Assembly (NCBI GenBank): GCA_963664815.2
Contig: CAXXHB010000003.1
Location: forward strand, 4,160,001-4,224,000
Direction: 5' to 3'
Source of the DNA: Spirochaetota bacterium
GTDB taxonomy: Bacteria; Spirochaetota; UBA4802; UBA5550
Length of the DNA: 64,000 nucleotides
How positions within the stretch are numbered: the first letter of the stretch is position 1; each line of letters begins with the position of its first letter. The position numbers and the translations under genes were made by a program. The notes under the pieces are model-generated. The model was not told the DNA's origin. It did not search any database and was given only the letters and a program-made list of their open reading frames with translations. Positions 49,893-60,431 of the stretch are shown here, in pieces.

Positions 49893-50204
49893 ATGATCGC
49901 ACGCGAATGGAGATGCTTCTGCCCTGCAGATAAAATTGAAACATTTATTCCCTACCTTCACATCACCGGGATTAAAGATGCTGAAAATACAACGGGTTAT
50001 ATCGGCGCAGAAATACTACAAAGAATATCTGGTAATTCTTTTGAAGTTGTTCTCATAACCTACTGGAACTCAATAGAATCAATCAGTAAATTTGCAGGGA
50101 GTGATATTGAAAAAGCTGTATTGTATCCTGATGATTGTAAATATGGAATTACCTCCGATCCGGTCGTAAAACATTACTCAGTAGTTGAAAAAAATTTTTT
50201 ATAG
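49893..50204 (+). CDS. ABM (antibiotic biosynthesis monooxygenase)-like dimeric alpha/beta barrel protein
   Basis: MIAREW..YL..TG..GY.G..IL, ITYWNSIESI..FAG.D..AV.YPDD..V.HY; GAGAGG RBS. Confidence 0.8.
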   Translation: MIAREWRCFCPADKIETFIPYLHITGIKDAENTTGYIGAEILQRISGNSFEVVLITYWNSIESISKFAGSDIEKAVLYPDDCKYGITSDPVVKHYSVVEKNFL

Positions 50205-50463
50205 TTACCCCATCTTCAACATGTATATCTCTGATATTGAGGTAATACAAATTTTTTACTTCTCCAATAAATAATAGTTTTAAAGCATCCCCTTGCATTA
50301 CTTAAAAATTTTTAAGAGATTTCATTACATTTTTTTGAAAAAGAACAAATCAATATTAAATTCCCTCCATAGGAGAATACATCTATCAGGTAATAATACA
50401 TTTTATGATGTTTTTTTAATGGCATATATTTTCTGTTAAGATGATTTTAATGGGAGTAACACT

Positions 50464-52023
50464 ATGAGTTCAACAAGTAAGATAAAAACATTTGACGAAA
50501 GTAAACTTGAAAAATCAGCAATCTTTAAAGATATAATGCATACCAACAACCGGAGAATGCTGAAATCATTTATTACTATACTGATAATTGCCAATTTTGC
50601 AGTAACCGTTATCAAATTTACAGGGAAAGGATCGGCATACCTTACATACCAGACAATACTTATTCAGATACTGACAATTTCAATAATCCTGGTTTTCACT
50701 GAATTCATGATCAGGAAACGTACAGGTTCAATATTCTCAGGGTATCTGACTATCACGTCAATTGTAGTTTGTCTCGGGATCTTTCAATTTTCATTTCACG
50801 GAGCATCAGAACTATTTGCAGCCAATTATATTACTCTTGCTCTGTGTATATTCTACTTTAATCCATGGTTATGCATTTACAGTCTTCTCATGGTTCTTTT
50901 TTCTCAAACTGTGTTGTTTTTTTTGAGACCTCAGATTATCCCCGGTGGACCAGCCAGCAACATTATTGTAAGATATATTGTATACCTGATGGTTGGCCTT
51001 GGCGCAACTACGGGAGCATCGGCCGCGCGCCATCTTCTTAAATTAACAGTTTCGAAACATAACGAGTCTATGAATAATATTTTTTCATTGAAAGAGATGG
51101 CTCGATCAGTTATTAACTCTATAATGATCCTTAAAACACATGTTTCCCAGCAAGAGGAGATTTCTGACAGTATGAACTCCATATCTGAAAATCAGGCTTC
51201 TGCACTAAACCAGATCACTGATTCCCTTGAAACTCTGGCCTTAAATGCCGAAGCGGTTACTGAAACATCACGTTCACTCTATAATGAAATGAGTTTAACC
51301 GTAGACGAGATTAATGATCTGAAAGACGTTAATGATTCCCTACAGAGCGACTCGCTTCATGTCCAACAGACACTTGGAGAGCTCCTTATTCATTCAAAAG
51401 AATCGTTGTCTCATATAGACAGGACTCGTAACAGGTTTATTACTGTACTTGAAAAGAGCAGTGACATGTCTAATTTTATAAATCTTATAAACGATATAGC
51501 TGATAATGTTAACCTTCTTTCGCTGAATGCTTCTATTGAAGCCGCGCGTGCCGGTGATGCGGGACGCGGTTTCGCGGTAGTCGCTGAACAAATTTCAAAA
51601 CTCGCCGATCAGACATCTGCAAACTCAAAAAAAATTGAGAAAATTATAAAAGAAAACTCCAGTATAATTAATGAGAGCCATGGCCTTATAGGTGAATCTG
51701 CTTTGTTAACAGAAAAACTTCATATTGCTGTTTCGGGAATAAAAGACCAGATTGATATCGCAGTAAACAAAATAGGGGATATTGATGTAACCATACGGAC
51801 TATTCGTAATTTAAATGACCATGTCCACAATTTCAGCAAAACAATTGAAAAATCAACAACAGAACAGAAACAATCAACTGAAGAATCAAGCAAAACAACT
51901 TCAGAAATTGCGGGTCAGGCCGGAGAGATAGTAAACATCTCACGAAGAATAAATGAATCCACACGAATTCTCAATGAACTCGCAGAAGGATTAAGGGGCC
52001 TCGCAGGGGGGATCATAGCCTGA
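50464..52023 (+). CDS. Methyl-accepting chemotaxis protein with multi-pass membrane sensor
   Basis: About 5-6 TM at the N-terminus; [28 protein letters not shown]. Confidence 0.92.
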   Translation: MSSTSKIKTFDESKLEKSAIFKDIMHTNNRRMLKSFITILIIANFAVTVIKFTGKGSAYLTYQTILIQILTISIILVFTEFMIRKRTGSIFSGYLTITSIVVCLGIFQFSFHGASELFAANYITLALCIFYFNPWLCIYSLLMVLFSQTVLFFLRPQIIPGGPASNIIVRYIVYLMVGLGATTGASAARHLLKLTVSKHNESMNNIFSLKEMARSVINSIMILKTHVSQQEEISDSMNSISENQASALNQITDSLETLALNAEAVTETSRSLYNEMSLTVDEINDLKDVNDSLQSDSLHVQQTLGELLIHSKESLSHIDRTRNRFITVLEKSSDMSNFINLINDIADNVNLLSLNASIEAARAGDAGRGFAVVAEQISKLADQTSANSKKIEKIIKENSSIINESHGLIGESALLTEKLHIAVSGIKDQIDIAVNKIGDIDVTIRTIRNLNDHVHNFSKTIEKSTTEQKQSTEESSKTTSEIAGQAGEIVNISRRINESTRILNELAEGLRGLAGGIIA

Positions 52024-52915
52024 GAAGATTCTCAAGAGCCCCCATCAATTCCGGAAACTTGAACTTATACCCTTCATTCAGCAATTTCTCCGGAATCGCC
52101 CGCTGCCCAACCGTAAGATACAAACCAAATTCTCCAAGCAGGATTCTGAGCACAAATCGCGGCACAAATGGTATAAGAACAGGCCTTTTAACAGCCCACG
52201 CCATTACTTTAGTAAAATCCCTGTTAGTCACAATTCCCGGCGCAGTACAGTTATATGGACCTGACATTTTTTTATCTGAAATAGCTTTGAGAACAATTCC
52301 CGTAACATCATCGATATGTATCCAAGGAAACCACTGCTTTCCGTTTCCGAGAAAACCGCCGAGCATTAACTTATAATTCTTCACAAGCTCCGGAAATGCC
52401 CCACCACCTAAACCAAATACTGAACCGAAACGGAGAAGAACTATGCGGAGTTTTTTACTCTCCCCGTTCAGCGCCTCACTTTCCCAATCACCGCAAACCT
52501 CCGCAAGGAAATTTCTACCTCTTCCTGACTGTTCAGTAATTATTTCATCTCCCCCCTCTCCGTAAAAACCTACGGCTGAGGCATTTATCACTGTTTTTCC
52601 TTTTGAATTTCCGGTGTTGAAGGAATTTATAATATTCGCTGTTGACATTACTCTGCTGTCATATATCTTTTTTTTAACACTTTTATTCCATCTCTGAAAA
52701 AGATTTATTCCAACAAAATTTATGATGATATCATTTTCGGCAATTTTTTTCTGCCACTCCCCCGGGATCATCAAATCTGCACAGACGAATGCAATACCAT
52801 TCTTCAAATCCGCCTCTCTCCTTGCAAAGAGTGTAACATCATGCCCTGCCTCTTTAAGGGATGAAATAACATGTCTCCCGAGAAAACCCAATCCTCCTGC
52901 AACAGCTATTTTCAT
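52013..52915 (-). CDS. TIGR01777/YfcH-type NAD-dependent epimerase family protein
   Basis: [53 protein letters not shown]. Confidence 0.92.
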   Translation of the reverse strand: MKIAVAGGLGFLGRHVISSLKEAGHDVTLFARREADLKNGIAFVCADLMIPGEWQKKIAENDIIINFVGINLFQRWNKSVKKKIYDSRVMSTANIINSFNTGNSKGKTVINASAVGFYGEGGDEIITEQSGRGRNFLAEVCGDWESEALNGESKKLRIVLLRFGSVFGLGGGAFPELVKNYKLMLGGFLGNGKQWFPWIHIDDVTGIVLKAISDKKMSGPYNCTAPGIVTNRDFTKVMAWAVKRPVLIPFVPRFVLRILLGEFGLYLTVGQRAIPEKLLNEGYKFKFPELMGALENLLRL

Positions 52916-53539
52916 ATATTTCTCCAGTTTCTGCTTTATAAATTTTTTATTGAATCAATCTTCTTAATAAAAACCGTGATAAAAACTCATTTTCCTTAAA
53001 ACATACCAGTGATTATTGAAATATAATAATTTTAGTCCAAAATAATCCATAGCAGATTGATACAAATCAGCAAACAAACAACCCTTTGTACATCTGAGGT
53101 TTAAAAAAAGTAACCAGGATTATGTTTTTGTAATATCAACAAATTATTTGTTTAAAAATATTGTTTTTCCAGACAAATAAATTATATTACTTGAATAATC
53201 AGCAATATTTTTTTATTGCAGTGTAATGTAAAAAATTGTTTGAAAATCCCTTAATCAATATTTATTGGTATATGATAAAGGTATAAGTAATTACAATAAT
53301 ACAATTAAGGTAGCCATTAGACCATAAATCAGCCAGGAAGCGATGTGTTGAGCCGTTCCATGCGGTTTTTTACTGTGACTATGACTTTTGTTCACATTCT
53401 TATTGGAATGGAATGTTTGTGGCCACTCTAAACTTTTTAAAATGTTAAGTGATGGATACTGAATAATAATTTATTTCATTGCTGAATTATTATTTTTCCA
53501 ATTCATATATATAATATTAAACATTCATCGGAGGATTAA

Positions 53540-54037
53540 ATGGCAACGCTTGGAGAACTAAATATAAATGAAACAACATCAAGCACCGTTGAACAATATG
53601 TTACCTTCCTGATTAATAACGAAACCTACGGGATTGAAGTATTGAGGGTCAAAGAAATTGTGGGGATGACGACAATTAGATCAGTTCCTAACAGCGAAAA
53701 ATATCTCAAGGGAGTTATGAATCTCCGGGGTATTGTTGTTCCTGTTATTGATTTAAGGATGAAATTCAATATCCCTGAAAAAGAATATGATTCTTTCACA
53801 GTTATTCTGATAATTGAAATGAAGGATTTTTTAGTAGGAGTAATTGTTGATTCCGTTTCAGATGTTATAGCAGCTCCCGGCCAGTTACAGGAAGTTCCTA
53901 ATTTTCATGTAAGTATAGACAGGGAGGTTATCAAAGGTGTATTCAATAAAGATGGTAATCTTATTATTATTCTTAACGCTGATATAATGCTTACTGTAAA
54001 AGACCTCGAAGTGCTTGCAGAAATAGAGCAGATATAA
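53540..54037 (+). CDS. cheW: Chemotaxis coupling protein CheW
   Basis: QYVTF..ETYGI..VKEI, GVMNLRG.VVPVIDLR, GVIVDSVSDV; GGAGG RBS. Confidence 0.96.
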   Translation: MATLGELNINETTSSTVEQYVTFLINNETYGIEVLRVKEIVGMTTIRSVPNSEKYLKGVMNLRGIVVPVIDLRMKFNIPEKEYDSFTVILIIEMKDFLVGVIVDSVSDVIAAPGQLQEVPNFHVSIDREVIKGVFNKDGNLIIILNADIMLTVKDLEVLAEIEQI

Positions 54038-54242
54038 CTCAGCCAATCATCACCACTATCAGTGCAGTCATCATTTATTCAATGGCTGCATGAAAAGTCT
54101 TTCCCTGCTTTTTTAATCGAAATAAAAAAAATAAAATTCCAATATAAAAAAAGCCAAATCATCTCATCCTTGTTATTTTGTTATAGATGAAGAGTCTATA
54201 AAAAGCAAGACCTCTTATAAAACCATGCAAAGGGAGATTTTT

Positions 54243-56324
54243 ATGAATATTCATTCTTTCAAATTTAAACTGATGATCTATATCACTTCCATAGTTATTT
54301 TTGCAATAATAACTATCCAAGTAATAACTCTTGTGATGACATACAGCACAATAAATGATGAAATTAATGAGAAAATGCCTTTAAAAATTGACTCCATTAT
54401 AAATGAAATGAATATCAAAATGAATATGCACTCTTCCCTTGTCCTTTCATTAGCATCTCTCGTCCAGGGTAACCGAAACTCAATTTCAAGAAATATTTAC
54501 ATTAATGCTCTTAGAGAAATTGTAAAAGACAATAGCGCTAGTTTTGGTTTCGGTGTATGGTTTGAACCTTATAAATATAGTCCTGCAATTAAATATTTCG
54601 GGCCTTATGCCTATCGGGAAAAAGATAAAATAATTGTTACATCGGATTATGAAACTGCAGCTTATGATTTCCATAATCAGGTATGGTATAAAGCCGGTGT
54701 AGGTAAAAAAGAAAACTCAATTACTTGGTCTGCACCGTTTTATGATGACGCAACAAAAGTTACAATGGTTTCGGCAGTATCTCCATTTTTTGATGAAGGA
54801 AATAATTTTATAGGTATAGCCAGCGGTGATTTCGATATCACGGAATTACAGAATATAGTGCAATTAATTAAAGATGAAAAAACTGATCTAAACGCTTTTC
54901 TTATAAACTCCGATGGCACATTCTTGACTTTTCTTGATAAAAGTTTTATTATGAAAAAAAAAATAACTGAACACCCTGATAAGAATTTTGCTTCACTTGG
55001 AAATGAAATTATAAAACTAAAAAACGGAAATTCAAAAATTAAAATTAATGGTGACCAAAGATGGATTTATTTCCGTGAAATGCAAGAAACAGGATGGATA
55101 CTCTGTATAACAGTATCAGAAAACAAGCTTTATTCACCACTATACAAAATGATTGCAACCACTTTTTTTATAATCATAATATCAATAGCTCTCAGTCTTT
55201 TAATCAGTTTTTACATTTCAGGAAAAATTTCAAATCCAGTAAAAGCAATGAGTGAATTCTCAAATAAACTTGCCCAAGGAGATTTTACAGGAAGAGTAAC
55301 GGTAAACCAGAAAGATGAAATAGGAGAGCTTGCCAGCTCACTTAACTCTTCCGCAGATAACCTTGAAAGCTTGATTTCTACAATAATTATTGCGGCGGAA
55401 AATTTAAGCCAGGCAGTTGACCAGATATCTAAGGGGAATATGAGTCTTTCCCAGAGAACGTCCGAACAGGCTTCCGCATTGGAGGAAATTGCTGCAACGA
55501 TAGAAGAAAATACTGCTACAGTTGATCGCAACGCTGAAAACTCGAAAAGTGCACAGGCACTGACTAATGAAGGAGCAGAAAAATCTTCCATAGGGAGCGA
55601 CCAGGCTGTTATAGCTATTAAATCTATAAACGAAATTAATAACTCCAGTAAAAAAATATCCGAGATAATTACAGTCATTAACGAAATTGCATTCCAGACA
55701 AATCTCCTTGCGCTGAATGCAGCTGTCGAAGCAGCCCGCGCCGGAGAACAGGGAAGAGGATTTGCAGTTGTTGCAGGAGAAGTCAGAAATCTAGCTCAGC
55801 GCTCAGGGAGTGCCGCAAAAGAAATTGAAATACTGATTAAAGAATCTGTAGAGAAAGTAGAGAAGGGAACGGAGGTTGTTGTTCAATCCGGCGAATTTCT
55901 GAAGGAGATTGCAACTTCTGCGAAAAAGACAGCAATGATTATATCTGAAATTGCCGCTGCTAGCGATGAACAACGGATGGGGATGGATCAGATAAACAAA
56001 GCCATAATTGAACTTGACTCTACAACCCAACAGAACTCGGCATTGGTTGAGGAAACTGCCTCGGCAAGTGAAGAAATGGCTAGCCAGACACAGGAGATGC
56101 TTGCTCTGATCAGCAGGTTTAAAGTCAGGAAAATGGAAGCTAAATCAAAAAGTGAAACAGTAAAAAAGAATAATGTTCAAATGAACAAGTCCTCAAAGAA
56201 TGAGACAGTATCTCGAAAAAACAAATCCGCAGAAAAGAAACCAGAAACTGAACTTTCTAAAAAGCAGATTCAACCCTCTGGAATGGATGATTTGATGAGC
56301 GAAGACGGATTTGACAAATTTTAA
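54243..56324 (+). CDS. Methyl-accepting chemotaxis protein with dCache domain and C-terminal pentapeptide
   Basis: VWFEPY, YFGPY, WY..G, WSAPFYD; HAMP; [32 protein letters not shown]; ends GFDKF; ATG at 54243 after AGGGAG. Confidence 0.95.
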   Translation: MNIHSFKFKLMIYITSIVIFAIITIQVITLVMTYSTINDEINEKMPLKIDSIINEMNIKMNMHSSLVLSLASLVQGNRNSISRNIYINALREIVKDNSASFGFGVWFEPYKYSPAIKYFGPYAYREKDKIIVTSDYETAAYDFHNQVWYKAGVGKKENSITWSAPFYDDATKVTMVSAVSPFFDEGNNFIGIASGDFDITELQNIVQLIKDEKTDLNAFLINSDGTFLTFLDKSFIMKKKITEHPDKNFASLGNEIIKLKNGNSKIKINGDQRWIYFREMQETGWILCITVSENKLYSPLYKMIATTFFIIIISIALSLLISFYISGKISNPVKAMSEFSNKLAQGDFTGRVTVNQKDEIGELASSLNSSADNLESLISTIIIAAENLSQAVDQISKGNMSLSQRTSEQASALEEIAATIEENTATVDRNAENSKSAQALTNEGAEKSSIGSDQAVIAIKSINEINNSSKKISEIITVINEIAFQTNLLALNAAVEAARAGEQGRGFAVVAGEVRNLAQRSGSAAKEIEILIKESVEKVEKGTEVVVQSGEFLKEIATSAKKTAMIISEIAAASDEQRMGMDQINKAIIELDSTTQQNSALVEETASASEEMASQTQEMLALISRFKVRKMEAKSKSETVKKNNVQMNKSSKNETVSRKNKSAEKKPETELSKKQIQPSGMDDLMSEDGFDKF

Positions 56325-56361
56325 CTGTTACAGATTTATAAGTAAATCATTAAAGTACAGG

Positions 56362-57111
56362 TTATATATTTAAAACTCTCCGCGGATGAGTATAAACATT
56401 AAAATTCTCCCCCCTGAGATATCCGATAAGAGTGATATCTGACTGAAGCGCCACTTCTATTGCGGCGCTTGTGGGAGCTGAAACCCCGGCAACAATAACT
56501 GCTCCCGCCCTGAAACTTTTTCTAATCATCTCAAAACTTATACGTGAAGAAAGGATTATTAGAAATATTTTCCCTGACTTACCGGTTGCGATAGCACTCC
56601 CCATACACTTATCCAATGCGTTGTGCCTGCCAACATCTTCCGCAAAAGAGATAAGGGTCCCGTCTGAATCATAAAATGCAACTGCATGGACTCCTCCTGT
56701 TTTATCAAAAACCTTCTGCATTTTAAAAAACCCGTTTTGCAGATAAAAAAGTTTATTAATATCCAGTTCACCATCACCTTGAATACACGGCCGAATAAGA
56801 TCATCGGAGTTCAGACTCCCTGATGATGCGAAAATCTTTTTAAACCCCGGAAATGTTTTCTCCTTTATTTTAAACAGAACTCTATTTTCAACAGTTTCAT
56901 ATTCTTCAATTTCAGTGATGGATTGGATTATTCCTTCGCTATATAAAATACCTGCAGCCAATTCATAATCCATTCCCGGCATTCTCATGCAAAAAAATTT
57001 TTTTTCGCCATTAATAAATATCTCAAGAGGTTCTTCTTTTACTATTGTATCGACAAGAGTTTTAGATTTACCATCTTTATATTTTACAATCTGGATTTCC
57101 AGCGTGTCCAT
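56362..57111 (-). CDS. fdhD: Formate dehydrogenase accessory sulfurtransferase
   Basis: EEPLEI, MRMPG.D.ELAAG.LYSEG, TGGVHA, EDVGRHNALDK, SSRISFEM, SAPT. Confidence 0.93.
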   Translation of the reverse strand: MDTLEIQIVKYKDGKSKTLVDTIVKEEPLEIFINGEKKFFCMRMPGMDYELAAGILYSEGIIQSITEIEEYETVENRVLFKIKEKTFPGFKKIFASSGSLNSDDLIRPCIQGDGELDINKLFYLQNGFFKMQKVFDKTGGVHAVAFYDSDGTLISFAEDVGRHNALDKCMGSAIATGKSGKIFLIILSSRISFEMIRKSFRAGAVIVAGVSAPTSAAIEVALQSDITLIGYLRGENFNVYTHPRRVLNI

Positions 57112-57126
57112 TATTGCTTCTTCCCT

Positions 57127-58080
57127 TTATTCGCTGATAATGATTTTTCGTAATCCCTTCAATAAAAGATCATCATCTCTATATATAGTATAATGTGAGA
57201 AAAATTCTTTTAATTTTTCTTTAAGTAATGGTTTCTGATTAACTCCCATTTCTGTTGTCTCAATATAATCACTAAAGATAGCAAGTTGTTTTTTATCTAT
57301 ATTACATGACCCCTCTTTATAATAAAAATAAAGAATAAAAAATAAAGGTTCAAATATTGAAGCTGCTCTTTCAAGTTTTAGAATAACCGGATCGGGAATA
57401 TTCATACACGCGGTAAAATAATCATACGAAATAAACTGATAAATTTTTGCCGGTATAGAAAAAATATCGCTGCCTGTCTTCACGCTGAAATCTATTGATA
57501 TTTCAACATTACTGAATTCATCAAAAAATACAGCAGTCGGTGTTATTTTTACATTACTGGAATCTAACTTTAAGTGTGATTTAAGCCTTAAGGAATCGAG
57601 AACAGAAGGATCACTCTCTTTCAAAACAGGTACCAGTCGAGACCTGAACCTTATTTTATCTGTATTATACTGAGGGAAAGTTCTGTTGTCTCCTTTCCCC
57701 GCCATCCTCCCATCACTTCCGGAAAGTTTAAAATCGAATCGCAGGATATGAACAAAATCTATAAGTTTTCCCTGGACTGGTTTTATAAAATGCAGCGAGT
57801 GCTGTTCTGATAATGGCTTCCTTTTTTCAAGCAGAGTATGCCCCCGCATATATTCGGGGATTACTGTAATTAAATTCCTGACAATTTCAATGCCGGTCAT
57901 ATAATCAAGTTCACTTACCCGAATAGGTGGAACCGGTATTTCATCTTTAAGGTGGTAAAATTCCATAAGGGTTTCATCAAGAAAAATACCTTCTATCTGA
58001 TTCCTGTCATTGTCGCCTATATGACTTACCAAAGAGTTAATGGTATTAACAGGTAATCCGTTCAAACTGTTTATCATCAT
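57127..58080 (-). CDS. Hypothetical protein
   Basis: 317-aa ORF co-oriented with fdhD and 15 nt upstream of it; no family recognised. Confidence 0.7.
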   Translation of the reverse strand: MMINSLNGLPVNTINSLVSHIGDNDRNQIEGIFLDETLMEFYHLKDEIPVPPIRVSELDYMTGIEIVRNLITVIPEYMRGHTLLEKRKPLSEQHSLHFIKPVQGKLIDFVHILRFDFKLSGSDGRMAGKGDNRTFPQYNTDKIRFRSRLVPVLKESDPSVLDSLRLKSHLKLDSSNVKITPTAVFFDEFSNVEISIDFSVKTGSDIFSIPAKIYQFISYDYFTACMNIPDPVILKLERAASIFEPLFFILYFYYKEGSCNIDKKQLAIFSDYIETTEMGVNQKPLLKEKLKEFFSHYTIYRDDDLLLKGLRKIIISE

Positions 58081-58238
58081 ATAAATACCCTAACATATTA
58101 TTAATCGCCTGACAAGTGGTTGTAAATACTTTTTATTTTATGTAAACAAAAAATGAAAAAATATTATTATCCATTGACAAAATGGTTGAAGATATATATC
58201 TATATAATTGAATTAAATCCCGAAATAGAGATTATAGT

Positions 58239-58724
58239 ATGAGTGAAACATTAATTAATGTAGGAGTCGCACAGGTAAAGATGTCAAAAGAACCCACGGT
58301 TCTGCGCACAATTCTTGGAAGCTGTGTTGGGATCTGCATATATGACAGAATAAAAAAAATCGGGGGACTTGCCCACGTACTGCTCCCCCTTAACACTGCA
58401 AATGGAGCCAATCCGGAAAAATACGCGGATACAGCTATACCTCTTCTAGTCCAGATGCTTATTAAAGAGGGCGCAAAAAAAGAATTCATGTCGGCTAAAA
58501 TCTCAGGCGGTGCTTCGATGTTTAAATTTGAATCAAACGTTACTCTTGGTCAAATTGGCGACAGAAATATTGAAGAAACAAAAAAAATTCTTGAGAAACT
58601 TCAAATTCCGATTCTTGAGGAGGATACGGGTGGAAATGCCGGTCGCGTCATAGACTTTTATCTGATGGACGGCCATCTGAAGGTTAAGGCATCTGGTCAG
58701 GAAAAAATTTATTATAAGGTTTGA
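58239..58724 (+). CDS. cheD: Chemoreceptor glutamine deamidase CheD
   Basis: LRTILGSCVG, GGLAHVLLP, KYADTA, AKISGGASMF, IGDRN, EDTGG..GR. Confidence 0.96.
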   Translation: MSETLINVGVAQVKMSKEPTVLRTILGSCVGICIYDRIKKIGGLAHVLLPLNTANGANPEKYADTAIPLLVQMLIKEGAKKEFMSAKISGGASMFKFESNVTLGQIGDRNIEETKKILEKLQIPILEEDTGGNAGRVIDFYLMDGHLKVKASGQEKIYYKV

Positions 58725-58742
58725 TATATCCGGGGTATTTAC

Positions 58743-59603
58743 ATGCACGCACAGATAAAACAGAGAATTGAAAGCACAATCAATAATATAGCAGCTCTTC
58801 CGACTATGCCGGAAATCGCCACTAAAATTCTTAACATGGTAAACAATCCCGATGTAGATTTTAAGAATGTCGCGGAGGAAATATCAAAAGATCAGTCCAT
58901 GACCACTAATATTCTAAAACTCTGCAATTCTGCTTATTTCAGCAGAGGAAAAGAGATCACATCGATAGACAGAGCAGTTGTTACCTTAGGGATTAAAGAA
59001 ATTACAAGTATAGTTATGGTAATAGCAGCCAAACCTATACTAGATAAATTTGTAATCGGTTATGATCTTGGGAAAGGGGAACTATGGAAGCAGGGACTTA
59101 TGGTTGCTAACCTTGCAAAAAAAATTGCAGTGCAGAAAAACAGGAAAGATATAGCCGATGTTGTTTTTACCGGAGGAATAATTCATAACGTTGGTAAAAC
59201 AGTAATAGCAATTTATGTTCAAAATACATACAATGATATCATAAATGAAGTAAAAACAAAAAATATTACATTCAATGACGCGGAAAGAGAAATCATGGGA
59301 TACAGCCATCAGGAGATTAGTGAAAAGATTCTCGAGAAATGGAAATTCCCTGCGGTACTTAAAGCCATTGTAAGATATTATTCAGAGCCAGAAAACGCAC
59401 CCGAAGAATATAGAGCTGAAGTGTCAGCAGTTCATATTGCAAACACTATAAGTATTATGGCTGGAATCGGCATTGGAAGTGATGGGCTCTATCACCAACT
59501 CAGCAATGCCGCACTTGAGACTTTAAAAATTTCAAATACCGAGCTTGAAGAAATATTTTCAAAGATTCCAGAGATGAGCAAACAACTTCAGGATCTAGCT
59601 TAA
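58743..59603 (+). CDS. HDOD domain protein
   Basis: LPTMPE, D..MTTNILKLCNSAYF, SIDRAVVTLG, GGIIHNVGK, ERE.MGYSH, W.FP. Confidence 0.92.
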   Translation: MHAQIKQRIESTINNIAALPTMPEIATKILNMVNNPDVDFKNVAEEISKDQSMTTNILKLCNSAYFSRGKEITSIDRAVVTLGIKEITSIVMVIAAKPILDKFVIGYDLGKGELWKQGLMVANLAKKIAVQKNRKDIADVVFTGGIIHNVGKTVIAIYVQNTYNDIINEVKTKNITFNDAEREIMGYSHQEISEKILEKWKFPAVLKAIVRYYSEPENAPEEYRAEVSAVHIANTISIMAGIGIGSDGLYHQLSNAALETLKISNTELEEIFSKIPEMSKQLQDLA

Positions 59604-59753
59604 TCTTTTGGTTTCACATATTACGGCAGTACCAGTTCAAGAATAGTGGGGAATTTTAATTAATACCAGCATTGCAACAGTTAAAGCTGTTTAAATGAAG
59701 CGTATTTCCAATCATCGTGATTCGTCTCCGCTTAACAACAAGTTTAAATTTTA

Positions 59754-60212
59754 TTACACGTATTTTTTTATTTCTCTCTGCATATCGCGTTTCATATCCC
59801 TGTCCTGAATTGTTCTTCGTTTATCATGAACATTTTTTCCTTTTGCTAGACCAAGTTCCATTTTAACCTTACCGTTTTTAATATACATTTTCAATGGAAC
59901 CAGAGTATAACCACGTTCGTTTAGTTTACCTATAAGTTTCCTAATCTCATATTTATGAAGGAGAAGTTTTCTTTCGCGCAGAGGATCATGATTAAAAAAA
60001 TTCCCCATTTCATAAAGAGAGACGTTCATTCCCACAAGGAATACCTCCCCCTTGTAAATTTTAGCGTAAGATTCCTGTATACTAACCTTTTTCTGCCTGA
60101 TAGATTTAACTTCAGTTCCTTTTAACACAATTCCCGCTTCAAATGTATCAAGGATTTCATACTCAAACCTGGCCTTTTTATTTCTCAGTATTTCAATAAT
60201 ATTATCAGACAT
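59754..60212 (-). CDS. smpB: SsrA-binding protein
   Basis: NKKARFEY, EAGIVLKGTEVKSIR, NHDPLRERKLLLHK, GYTLVPL, AKGK..HDKR; ATG at 60212 after GGAG. Confidence 0.97.
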   Translation of the reverse strand: MSDNIIEILRNKKARFEYEILDTFEAGIVLKGTEVKSIRQKKVSIQESYAKIYKGEVFLVGMNVSLYEMGNFFNHDPLRERKLLLHKYEIRKLIGKLNERGYTLVPLKMYIKNGKVKMELGLAKGKNVHDKRRTIQDRDMKRDMQREIKKYV

Positions 60213-60349
60213 AAAAAGTCTCCATATAAAAATAACACTCTTCATTTAACTTCATTAGCAGGAATCAATACTATAGTAATAAAAAATGTGCATTAGTTAC
60301 AAGTGTCAAATGCTTATTTTTAATAATCAAGATAAATCATTCTGAACGA

Positions 60350-60401
60350 TCCCCTGCATCCGGTGTGGCAAGTATTGTTTTGCCACCTCCAGGTGAGGGG
60401 A
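60350..60401. terminator. Long GC-rich hairpin downstream of htpG (terminator or mRNA-stabilising element)
   Basis: TCCCCT/AGGGGA outer arms and GTGGCAA/TTGCCAC inner arms; no clear U-tract. Confidence 0.4.
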
Positions 60402-60431
60402 AGAAATTGGAAATGCTGGATTGTATATTGT

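Noticed and set aside
50301-50316. Perfect palindrome CTTAAAAATTTTTAAG
   Set aside because: Almost entirely A/T runs; expected by chance in this composition and not placed at a recognisable promoter.
53330-53400. c-di-GMP-I or c-di-GMP-II riboswitch call
   Set aside because: Lacks the GGCAAA..GACGCAAA (class I) and GCAC..GTGCAACCG (class II) elements; kept only as an unassigned leader.
59604-59753. tmRNA (ssrA) next to smpB
   Set aside because: Only 150 bp, with no GGGG 5' end or T-arm/CCA 3' end; just a small hairpin (AAGCG..CGCTT).
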